Positions 1 through 9,500 of a stretch of DNA of 64,000 bases are shown here, in pieces (position 1 is the first letter of the stretch; each line of letters begins with the position of its first letter). The notes below the pieces were generated by a model. It made no database searches. It was not told the origin of the DNA and saw nothing but the letters and a program-made list of their open reading frames with translations. Origin of the DNA: an uncultured bacterium (GTDB lineage: Bacteria > JAGOEH01); the NCBI GenBank assembly GCA_964632485.1, contig CAZWDO010000007.1, positions 1 through 64,000 on the forward strand. Reading direction: 5' to 3'. The position numbers were made by a program, and so were the translations under genes.

Positions 1-118
1 CTGCAATACCGTCGCGATAAAATCTTCAGCATCCATCACCTCCATGTTCTCTTTAACATCAGAAATAAAACTTTAATCATTTTTCCTATCAATTGGATAA
101 ATTACCCGTAACTCAAGA

Positions 119-1249
119 CTACATTTTCAGAGTGGAATTCCACTCGGTAATCTGGTTTCGTCCCTGATGTTTGGAATGATAGAGCGATAAATCAGCTTTT
201 TTTATCATATCCTGGGAAGATTTGGGCTGATGGGATTTAAACGAGACAATTCCCCCGGAAATGGTTATTTTAATAATGCTATCTTCAAATTCCACTTCCA
301 TATTTTCCACTCGCTGGCGAATCCGTTCCGCCACGATCATCGCCTGGTCCAGCGCCGTGTTGTTGAGAATCACGGAAAACTCCTCCCCGCCATAGCGGCA
401 GGGTAAATCGGTCGAACGCACATTGCAGCGGATAATCTCGGCCGTGCGAATCAATACTTCATCCCCCATCTGATGCCCATAAATGTCATTAATTCTTTTA
501 AAATGATCCAGATCGATCATCAGCAGGCTCAACTCGGTTTGATAACGCTCGCTCAGACGGAAACTCTCCAGCAGTCTCCGTTGAAAATACTTATTGATAA
601 ATAGTTTGGTCATCCCGTCCGTGATAGCCAGGTCATATAAATGAGCATTTTCAATGGCAATTGCCGATTGGATTGAAATTTTCTGAAATAATTCCAGATC
701 AAAATTGTTAAAATTCCGCTCATTGAGCTTATTGATCGCTTCAAGCACTCCCAATATTTGACCATTGACAACCAACGGCACGGCCATCACCGTTTTGGTC
801 TGATATTTAGTCTGGCGGTCTGCCAACATACTGAAGCGGGAATCGAAGCACGTATCCTCAATTAAAATAGGTTGGCCATTTTTCCACACGGTGCCCGCGA
901 TTCCTTCCCCCATTCCCAAACGGATGGGATCAAGTTTTTCCATATCCGCTTCGTTGGTGACGACTGCAAATTTTAATTTTTTTGCCTCTTCATCGATCAA
1001 TAAAACACTTATATTTTCACATTCAAGTAAAATTCGCGTCTGATCCAGAATGGCCTTCAGCACCGTGCGTTTATCCAGACTGGTTGTAATAAACGAATTA
1101 ACGTCGATCAGCGCGCGCAATTTTTTATTCTGCTCCTGCAATTCAGCAATCGTGTTGAGAGGCGGCGCTGAATACTCGCTGCAAGTTAACGCTTCATTGG
1201 ATAATTTTGTCATTCCACCGGAACTATTTGATTTCATGGTCACCTTCAA
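119..1249 (-). CDS. GAF-GGDEF diguanylate cyclase
   Basis: GAF domain (GEGIAGTVW...VPLVVNGQILGVLEAIN) followed by TDGMTKLFIN, IDLDHFKRINDIYGHQMGD and an intact GGEEF with an RxxD I-site (RSTD-LPCRY-GGEEF). The true start may be a downstream Met. Confidence 0.95.
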   Translation of the reverse strand: MKVTMKSNSSGGMTKLSNEALTCSEYSAPPLNTIAELQEQNKKLRALIDVNSFITTSLDKRTVLKAILDQTRILLECENISVLLIDEEAKKLKFAVVTNEADMEKLDPIRLGMGEGIAGTVWKNGQPILIEDTCFDSRFSMLADRQTKYQTKTVMAVPLVVNGQILGVLEAINKLNERNFNNFDLELFQKISIQSAIAIENAHLYDLAITDGMTKLFINKYFQRRLLESFRLSERYQTELSLLMIDLDHFKRINDIYGHQMGDEVLIRTAEIIRCNVRSTDLPCRYGGEEFSVILNNTALDQAMIVAERIRQRVENMEVEFEDSIIKITISGGIVSFKSHQPKSSQDMIKKADLSLYHSKHQGRNQITEWNSTLKM

Positions 1250-1275
1250 TTATAAGGTTATGGGCCTGTATTTTT

Positions 1276-1304
1276 AATATAAAAAGCCCGCTCCAAATTG
1301 TCAA
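1276..1304 (-). promoter_or_regulatory. sigma70-type promoter for the diguanylate cyclase
   Basis: Minus strand TTGACA (1304-1299), 17-nt spacer, TATATT (1281-1276). Confidence 0.7.
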
Positions 1305-1527
1305 GCAAAATATTTTTTATAAATTTATTAAGTTTAAGCTTGATTTAACTTGATTTTCAGGATAAATAGGATTATGAATCTAAGTTAAGCCCACCCGGGT
1401 TGCCGTTGATTTAAGGAAACACCCAAGCTTAAATCGGGACGTCCTGCGAAATTCATAACCCCTGAAACGGATTTAATATCATAGGGGATTTTATAGCTGA
1501 ATCCGGAAAGATGAGAATGCTGATAAT

Positions 1528-2826
1528 ATGGACGAATTTATTCTAATACTGGCGCCACCGGTATGGACCGGTTTAGCGCCGTTGAATTTAGCTTACTTAT
1601 GCCACCATCTTAAAAAATTAAATATTATGCCGCGAATCTGGGATTTGAACACTCTTTACTACCTTCAATCAGCGGCGCGCCGGCGAAACCGGTGGACGCT
1701 GTTCAATGCCCGGGAAGAAGAAACCTTTATCCGCGAATTTATAATCTGGTTCGAACATCATTGGCCAGATTGGGTAAATAAAATAAATGTGAATCCACCG
1801 ATTGGCATCGGGTTTACTCTATATCAATCCAATCTGCAAACGGCCACAATAATTGCCCGATTTCTGCGTGAGAATTTCAAAGAAATCCCGTTGATTGCCG
1901 GAGGACCCCAAGTCCAATACGAGGAATGGACCCATTCGGTATCAACGAAGATAGCCCCATTTTTCGATAGCTGGGTAGTCGGCGAAGGGGAAGCGGCATT
2001 AAAAGAAATTGTTACGGCGCAAACCCCCGGACGCTATCACCACCCATTAAATAGTATGATGCAAGCGGGATTTCCCGATTTTTCCCATTTTGAACTCAAG
2101 CGGTACGGCAGGCAACGCGCTCTCCCGGTCTCATTTTCCAGGGGCTGTATCCATCGATGTACATTCTGCGCGGAATGTCGATTGTTTCCCTGTTATAAGC
2201 AATACGACCCCGGCGAATTTGTCGAGCGTCTGCAGGAAATGACCCAAACTTACCATTTACACTGGGTCACTTTTTTAGATTCCCTGATTAATGGAGATTT
2301 TGAGGCGCTGGCAATACTCTGCGAAAAAATGATCAATAGGGGCTTAAAACTTCACTGGGACGCCCAACTGGCAATTCGTCCCGACATGCCCATGGAATTA
2401 TTCAGACTCATGAAACGCGCCGGTTGCAACCAGTGTTTTATCGGCCTGGAAACCGCCAGCAACCGTCTGCTTCAGCAGATTCGCAAACCCTATCATTCGG
2501 AAGAAGCCGCTCAATTTCTGGAAAATATGAAAAAAAACCAATTATTCGCGGAAATCAGTCTGATTGTCAATTTACCTGGCGAAGAAGAAACAGATTTCCA
2601 TTCTTTGCTCGATTTTTTTGATAAATATCATCCCCTAATCGCTAAAATCGCCCAGATCAATCCGTTTATACCGCTCCCGGGAACTCCATATTATACCAAA
2701 TTTTCACCAGATTCTCAGGATAAAAATCAATCAAAAATTCAACAAATATTAGCAATCGCCGAAAAATATCATATTCCTTATACTAAAAGCTATATACAAA
2801 ACCTAAATTTTGAAGCTTCTCCTTGA
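1528..2826 (+). CDS. B12-binding-domain radical SAM protein
   Basis: N-terminal cobalamin-binding-like region (PLNLAYL...LIAGGP...VVGEGE) and SRGCIHRCTFC (CxxxCxxC), FIGLET, PLPGTP. Confidence 0.88.
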   Translation: MDEFILILAPPVWTGLAPLNLAYLCHHLKKLNIMPRIWDLNTLYYLQSAARRRNRWTLFNAREEETFIREFIIWFEHHWPDWVNKINVNPPIGIGFTLYQSNLQTATIIARFLRENFKEIPLIAGGPQVQYEEWTHSVSTKIAPFFDSWVVGEGEAALKEIVTAQTPGRYHHPLNSMMQAGFPDFSHFELKRYGRQRALPVSFSRGCIHRCTFCAECRLFPCYKQYDPGEFVERLQEMTQTYHLHWVTFLDSLINGDFEALAILCEKMINRGLKLHWDAQLAIRPDMPMELFRLMKRAGCNQCFIGLETASNRLLQQIRKPYHSEEAAQFLENMKKNQLFAEISLIVNLPGEEETDFHSLLDFFDKYHPLIAKIAQINPFIPLPGTPYYTKFSPDSQDKNQSKIQQILAIAEKYHIPYTKSYIQNLNFEASP

Positions 2827-2917
2827 AAAAAAAACTGCCCATTCATTTTTAGCTTGACAATTTTTACTTTTTTTTATTAATTAGATATAAAGGACCCATC
2901 AAACCGGATGGTGGGAG

Positions 2918-4510
2918 ATGAGCAATCAAAAAAGCAAACCCGAACGTTTTTCAGAGGAAGAATATATGTCTATCAAGAGCCGAATAACCGATTTTTTAAG
3001 CCGTGTGAGCAAAATTTTGGGTGGCGGAGGGGAAAAAGCCATCCAGAAGCAGCTATCGATGGGGAAGTTGACCGCTCGTCAGCGGATTGAAGTGATTTTA
3101 GATCAAGGGTCGTTCCAGGAATATGATCTTTTTGTTGAACATAAGTGCCAGGATTTTGAGATGGAGAAGAAGACGCTGGCCGCCGATGGCGTCATAACCG
3201 GTATCGGCATGGTACACCAGCGGCCCGTGGCGATTTTCGCCCAGGATTTTACGGTGGCCGGCGGTTCGCTGGGTCTGATGCATGCCCGGAAAATTACCAA
3301 GGTCATGGATCATGCCATGCGTTTGGGGATGCCGTTGATCGGTATTAACGATTCGGGCGGCGCGCGGATCCAGGAAGGCGTCAATTCCCTGGCCGGATAT
3401 GGCGAAATTTTCTATCGCAATACCCTGGCTTCGGGCGTTGTCCCTCAATTATCGGTCATCCTCGGCCCATGCGCCGGCGGCGCGGTCTATTCACCGGCGC
3501 TGACCGATTTTGTCTTTGTGGTCAACAATATATCTAAAATGTTCATCACGGGCCCGGAAGTCATTAAAACCGTTCTCGGTGAGGAAATCTCTATGGAGGA
3601 ATTGGGCGGCGCCCGGGTGCATACCGAAATCACCGGCAACGCTCACTTTTACGCGGAAAATGAACAGGAATGCTTTGAACAGATTAAAAAACTATTATCG
3701 TACTTACCGGCCAACAACCGGGAAAAACCGCCTTTAATTGCGCCCAGAGGCCCCAAAACCAAACTGGAAATTGAACACATTGTTCCCCCTCAGGCGAACA
3801 AACCCTATGATATGCGCCATATCATTCAGTGCCTCTGCGATGATTCGGAATTTTTCGAAGTTCAAGACCTATGGGCAGCCAATATAGTCATCGGGTTTGC
3901 CCGGCTGCACGGCCAAACGATCGGAATTATCGGCAATCAGCCGTTAGTCCTGGCCGGAGTCCTTGATGTGGATTCCGCGGACAAAGCCGCGCGCTTTATC
4001 CGGTTTTGCGACGCATTCAGCATCCCGCTACTGACGTTAGTGGACCTGCCGGGGTATCTGCCGGGAATCGACCAGGAACATGCCGGAGTTATCCGCCATG
4101 GAGCAAAAGTCCTTTATGCCTATAGTGAAGCCACGGTGCCCAAAATTACAGTTATCCTGCGTAAAGCGTATGGGGGGGGATATATTGCCATGTGTTCCCG
4201 CCACCTGGGCGCGGATTTCGTTTTCGCCTGGCCGACGGCGGAAATTGCCGTTATGGGTCCCGAGGGAGCCGCCAATATTATCTTCCGATCAGAGATCACT
4301 TCAGCCCCCAATCCCCAGGAAATGCGCCAGCAAAAGGTAAAGGAATATACCGAGAAATTCGCAAATCCCTATGTAGCCGCCGCCAATGGGTATGTCGATT
4401 CGATTATCAAACCCGAAGAGACTCGCGCCACGCTGATTCAAACCCTGGCCATCGCCGCGAATAAAACCGTAACCCCCGAATACAAAAAACATGGAATTCC
4501 ACCGGTGTAA
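2918..4510 (+). CDS. acyl-CoA carboxylase carboxyltransferase subunit (PccB / methylmalonyl-CoA decarboxylase alpha family)
   Basis: QDFTVAGGSLG, NDSGGARIQEG, GPCAGGAVYSPALTD, RKAYGG, AEIAVMGPEGA and C-terminal KKHGIPP. Confidence 0.95.
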   Translation: MSNQKSKPERFSEEEYMSIKSRITDFLSRVSKILGGGGEKAIQKQLSMGKLTARQRIEVILDQGSFQEYDLFVEHKCQDFEMEKKTLAADGVITGIGMVHQRPVAIFAQDFTVAGGSLGLMHARKITKVMDHAMRLGMPLIGINDSGGARIQEGVNSLAGYGEIFYRNTLASGVVPQLSVILGPCAGGAVYSPALTDFVFVVNNISKMFITGPEVIKTVLGEEISMEELGGARVHTEITGNAHFYAENEQECFEQIKKLLSYLPANNREKPPLIAPRGPKTKLEIEHIVPPQANKPYDMRHIIQCLCDDSEFFEVQDLWAANIVIGFARLHGQTIGIIGNQPLVLAGVLDVDSADKAARFIRFCDAFSIPLLTLVDLPGYLPGIDQEHAGVIRHGAKVLYAYSEATVPKITVILRKAYGGGYIAMCSRHLGADFVFAWPTAEIAVMGPEGAANIIFRSEITSAPNPQEMRQQKVKEYTEKFANPYVAAANGYVDSIIKPEETRATLIQTLAIAANKTVTPEYKKHGIPPV

Positions 4511-4818
4511 TGACAATGAATACTAAATTAAATATCGATGACACACTTTACGAAACCCGTTTGACCTCCAAATATGAAAACCGAAGACTCTACTATCCCC
4601 ATAATCCTCATCATATTAAGGCGGTCATTGCGGGAGTTGTCCGGGAGATTCCCGTTAAAATCGGACAAAAAATCCAACCCCATACGACGTTATTGATCCT
4701 GGAAGCGATGAAAATGCTGAATCCAATTCAATCTGAAGTGGGCGGCACGGTCAAAGCCATCCATGTGAAAACCGATCAGCAGGTGCCCCGCAATCAACTG
4801 CTCATTGAACTGGAATAA
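4510..4818 (+). CDS. biotin carboxyl carrier protein
   Basis: EAMKM biotinylation motif; start overlaps the upstream stop (TAATG). Confidence 0.92.
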   Translation: MTMNTKLNIDDTLYETRLTSKYENRRLYYPHNPHHIKAVIAGVVREIPVKIGQKIQPHTTLLILEAMKMLNPIQSEVGGTVKAIHVKTDQQVPRNQLLIELE

Positions 4819-6494
4819 TGGAATTCATCTGGGAAACTCACGGAATCCATGCCGGTACCGGTAAAGACCATGTCAAACATGGTATTGATCAACTGGAATC
4901 GGTCGCCGAAGAAGCAATTCGACGCCATTACCCCGGCATCACTTTTATCATCCATTCTCCCCGGCTTACACGGGTTCGCTACCAATCGGAACGAAATACT
5001 GACATAAAATTTATCCGGGGCGATCGGGCTTTTTTTGAATACCCTCAACGCATCCGTCAACTTAAAGAACAGTATCAAAATAAAATTGAAATCCGCTTTG
5101 GTATAGAACTGGAATGGATGGGCGGGGATCTGGGCCTGCCCTGGAACCGTTCAAAAATATTTCAATGCCATAAAGCCGATTTTGTAATCGGTTCCGTTCA
5201 TTTTTCCCGTGAAGGCCTCCCGTATGACGGAACTGCCGAAGAGGCCCAGGAATTATTGAGACTTCGCGGGAGCGTGGAGAACTACTGGCTGGGATATTTG
5301 GAGGAAATGATCGAAATGATCGATCAGTACCGGGAATTAATCCATGTAGTGGGTCATCTGGACCTGCCTAAACTGCATATTCCCATGCCAGCCGAGATGA
5401 TCGACCTGGATCGATCAGGGCATATCCTGGCACGACGTTTGCGCATCCTGCTTGAAATGATCAGCGAATCTAAACTGGCCCTGGACGTCAATTTGGCTGG
5501 TATTCGCAAGGGTTGCGGTCTCTATCCCCACCCGCAGATACTCAAACGCGCGGAACAGTTGGGAATTCCCTTCACGATTGGCACAGATGCCCATTCCCTG
5601 GAAGATTTGGGCGCCCATTACACCCAAGGTATTGAAGCCATTCAAAATGCAGGATATGCCTATTATATTAGTTTTTCGCGCGGAATTGCCGAAAAACGCC
5701 CTTTACAAGAAAATCCGGAAATCCAACACCCCTTTCACCTCCTGAATCTGGCAGTCGGAATTTTAGGACAACGGACAACAAAAACTGAAGGGTTAGTCAT
5801 GCCCCGTTTTGCGTTTGGCGGTTCCTTCCGCTGCCTTCTTCCCATTTTTCCAACTGCCGTTTCCCTGGGTGAATTCCATGCCATCCGGGTCCGACGTCAG
5901 GATCAAAAACTGATCACTATCAGCGATCAGACCCCGCCACCCACCTCTGAACCGGGCCGATATCTATTTTCCCACCATCAGGACTTGCCCGGAACCATGG
6001 CTATCCTCTTCAATACCCTCGCTTCTGAAGAAATTAATGTCCAAACCGCTTACCTGCAATCCCTGCATGACGGGACAGCTACCGCCTATTTGACCGTCAA
6101 TGCCGGGGATGAAGAAATTCAAAATGCGATTGAATTTATCAAAGGGACTGCCGGCGAACGATTCATTGAACTATCGATTCAAATACGCGATACAATCCCC
6201 CCCTTTTATCATCAGGGGAACTATCTGCTGGAAATTGACGGGGTGGACCTGCCTATCCCCATCTCCCCCCAAATGATCATTACAATTCATAACAACCGCC
6301 CGGGTACGCTGCTGATTCTATTAAGCGCCCTGGCGTCTCAACATATCAATATTCATGATCTGCAATTGGGAGAACGAGGTTCAAAAGGCTATGCGGTTCT
6401 GGGCGTTAACGGCCCGGAAAATACTATTAAAATATTACTCTCCCAATTAGGTAACCAGTTTTTCGAGGCGTCCCTGATTGAAGTCGGCGCCTGA
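4818..6494 (+). CDS. PHP-family (HisJ-like) phosphoesterase fused to two ACT domains
   Basis: PHP motifs GIELEW, DFVIGSVHF, GHLDLPK, GTDAH; C-terminal ACT-like units HQDLPGT...INVQ and HNNRPGT...INIH; TAATG coupling to the BCCP gene. Confidence 0.8.
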   Translation: MEFIWETHGIHAGTGKDHVKHGIDQLESVAEEAIRRHYPGITFIIHSPRLTRVRYQSERNTDIKFIRGDRAFFEYPQRIRQLKEQYQNKIEIRFGIELEWMGGDLGLPWNRSKIFQCHKADFVIGSVHFSREGLPYDGTAEEAQELLRLRGSVENYWLGYLEEMIEMIDQYRELIHVVGHLDLPKLHIPMPAEMIDLDRSGHILARRLRILLEMISESKLALDVNLAGIRKGCGLYPHPQILKRAEQLGIPFTIGTDAHSLEDLGAHYTQGIEAIQNAGYAYYISFSRGIAEKRPLQENPEIQHPFHLLNLAVGILGQRTTKTEGLVMPRFAFGGSFRCLLPIFPTAVSLGEFHAIRVRRQDQKLITISDQTPPPTSEPGRYLFSHHQDLPGTMAILFNTLASEEINVQTAYLQSLHDGTATAYLTVNAGDEEIQNAIEFIKGTAGERFIELSIQIRDTIPPFYHQGNYLLEIDGVDLPIPISPQMIITIHNNRPGTLLILLSALASQHINIHDLQLGERGSKGYAVLGVNGPENTIKILLSQLGNQFFEASLIEVGA

Positions 6495-6501
6495 CAAGAT
6501 G

Positions 6502-9500
6502 TTATTTCAACAACAGCATCTTAGATGTAAGCGCTCCATTTTTGCCCGATAACCGGCAAAAATAGATGCCCGACGGATAAGCATAACCGATCTCCGGCCA
6601 GCTAAAATGATGCCAGCCCTCAGATACCAGGGGAAAATCGCGTTTTTCCAATTCCTGGCCCAGAATATTATAAATACTGATCTCCAAACCCTGCGATTGC
6701 GGGAGATAATAGCTGATTACCGTCCTGGGATTGAAAGGATTGGGATAATTCAGCAGCATCAACGACGGATTTTTTAAAACTGATTCAGCAGTGGAAATCA
6801 AGCTAGCCGGAGACCATATCGCGCTCATTTTTTCACTCTCGTTGTAATTCAAGTCGAACGCCGTAACAGCATAATAAACCGTATCACCGGAATCGGCCCG
6901 CCATTCATCATAATAAAAGGTATCCAGAACGGTCTCGGATAGGATATGCCAACCGCTATCCGGGTCGGTTTTTTTATAAACAGTATAGCATTTCCAATCT
7001 AAGTCCGAGCATCTATTCCAGGTCAATTGCAAAATTTCAGAAACGACATTGTGAATATTCAGAACAGCCGGCGCCTGGGGAGGCAGTGTGTCGGCCTGGG
7101 ATCGGGTGGTAATCAATTGATTATCAACGGTTGTCATATTCCCCCACACATCCTGCGCCATGATCGTTAATTTGTAGGTATGATTGGCCGGCAGGGAAGG
7201 AATCAGCCTCCTATGATTTTAAATGAGATCAATATCACTGACAGTATAGGGGTAATTCTCCGTCAGATCGGAATAATCGACATACGCCGTGGTTAATTCG
7301 TCCGTTTGGAGATAGACCTGGATAAAGTCAAGGCCATCGACCAAGGCTATAGAATCGATAACGGGAGGCGCCTGATCGCTCGAAGACCCGGTTTGAAATT
7401 CCCCTTCGACTATATCACTCCAACGTCCATCAACATCACTGACCGAGTTTTGAAAATGATAAGCCCGGTTCGATTGCAATCCCGAAAAGATAATATAATG
7501 CTGGATACTTCGCAAAAGGTTATCCTGGGTCTGTAACAGATTAGCGGCGTCATAAAGAGAAACCAGAGTCAGCGTCGGTTTGTTGGTGGACCCATGAAGT
7601 ATAGCCATCTCACTGGACAGGGAGGATATCGTAGGAGGTTTCAATAACCGGGGTGTGAGTTGATCGGGCTGTTGAAGGGTGGTACTCCGCAAAATACGGT
7701 CATCGAAAACCCCTTGATTTTGATTGATATCGCTGCAGACAATCGTGAAAAAATACTCCTGGCTGTTTTCAAGATCATAAATTGTAATCAGATGCTCGGT
7801 GGCATAGTCATCCGACGACTGGATAGAGGGGTTATCGAGGCTCTTACCCCAGGCGACTGAGGCCATCGCGGGTTCGTTGGTCTTGAAATAGAGAGAAATA
7901 TAATGATCGCCCCGTTCATAGATTGACGGCCCTTCAGTAATCACCGGCGCTTGCGTATCGGAGCTGGTATTGGTAGTAAATGAGGGCCAGCCGTCCAGAG
8001 GCAGGCGCCACAAACCGGTTACGGGAATTTTTTTACTCAGGGAAAAAGCCTGTGGATAGCGGAGTTTATTCCCGGCGATATCGGTCACTTCGAGGAAATA
8101 CTCATATTCAACCCCCGGATTAAGATCGGAAACAATCAGACGATGACTTTTCGAAAACTCTTTTGCAGAAACACTATTGGTGATCGCCGGCTGATTCTTA
8201 TCCCAATAGTAGAAAGCCGGAAGGGATTCCTCATCCGTCAGAAATTCAATAAAGAACTGCCGATCGTAAACTTGAAGACGAGGACCGGCTGTAATAAGCG
8301 GAGGGATTGTATCGCTGGCAGCCAGAGTCATAAAGCTGTCGATGTATCCAGCCGCTTGTAAGCCGGCGGCATCGATGGCAGTGATCCGATAGTAATATTT
8401 TGTGTTGGAAAGCAGATTATTCAGCCGCAGCTCATGTTTAAGTTTACTCTCGGAAACTGAATAACAGCGCCAGTTACTGGTATCGGCGCCCGGCGCCAAT
8501 ACGACATCGGCCCGAGCTGGACGTTGGGTCTGCCAGACCAGGCGAATCCCCTGGGAGGTGGGATTGGACGAGAGTTGATAAATTAAACGTAAATCCTCTA
8601 CCGGCAAACTGTCGCCCAGGGTCCGAAACCGATTTTTAATAGTTATAAATGCGTTATTCGCAGGATTCGCCAAAAACCAGCGATAATAATAAAGTGTATT
8701 GGGGGTCAGCCCGGAAAGAACATACCGATGCTCCAATGTCGGCTGAGTGATTTCCCGCATCAGGATGCACAGCGTATCGGTTCCAAAGTAGATACGGGAA
8801 ACGGCGGGACGATCCGTTTGGATCAATAAAACGGCTTCCTGAGCCGTTATGTTCGCGACTAAAGGACCTTCAACAATTGACGGCGCGTATTCCGCCTCCT
8901 CTGAGCGGGTGTGGAAGCTGAATGGAGCGCCAGTGAAGGTTTTTCCCTGATTATCGAATAAGATAATCTGGCCGGTATATGCCGTAGAATCAATCAGGGA
9001 ATCGAGCATTACCCGGTGGTTATAGCTGAAATTTGAATCAATTTTAGTGAATTGGGTTGGACCGGCCGTTACGTTCCAGAAAATCTGAGCGGTCGTTTTT
9101 TTGGAGCTCTGCCATTCGATGAGCGCCTCATGAACGCCGATATAGGGTACAACAGGCCCGGAAACGAATGCGGGAGAAGTAGTATCGGCTGATGCCGCTG
9201 TCGCCACTGAATCTCTCAAATATACGCGCTGATTATGATAACGGTCGCTAAGCGCAACTGTGATGCGGTAAAAGGTAGCAGGAGTCAATCCGCGCAAAAC
9301 CCATTGAAAATGAGTTTGCCAGGTCGTATCCTGGAAAAACAGGGAATCGAGCGCATGATAAGGTTGAATCATGACCGTTACCGCTGACGGTTCATTGGTT
9401 TCCCATTCAAGCTGTAAAAAATCGGCGCCCCTGTCAATGATACGAATCGGGGAAACGAGCGCCGGAGCCACTGTATCGGCCACAGTTTTAAACCCATAAT

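Noticed and set aside
1385-1445. c-di-GMP-I riboswitch next to the diguanylate cyclase (CCGGGTTGCC and GGGACG fragments)
   Set aside because: The fragments are in the wrong order and the GCAAA/GNRA-receptor elements are missing.
7219-7221. Selenocysteine/pyrrolysine recoding of the internal stop
   Set aside because: The codon is TAA, not TGA or TAG, and TAA is used as a normal stop throughout the window.
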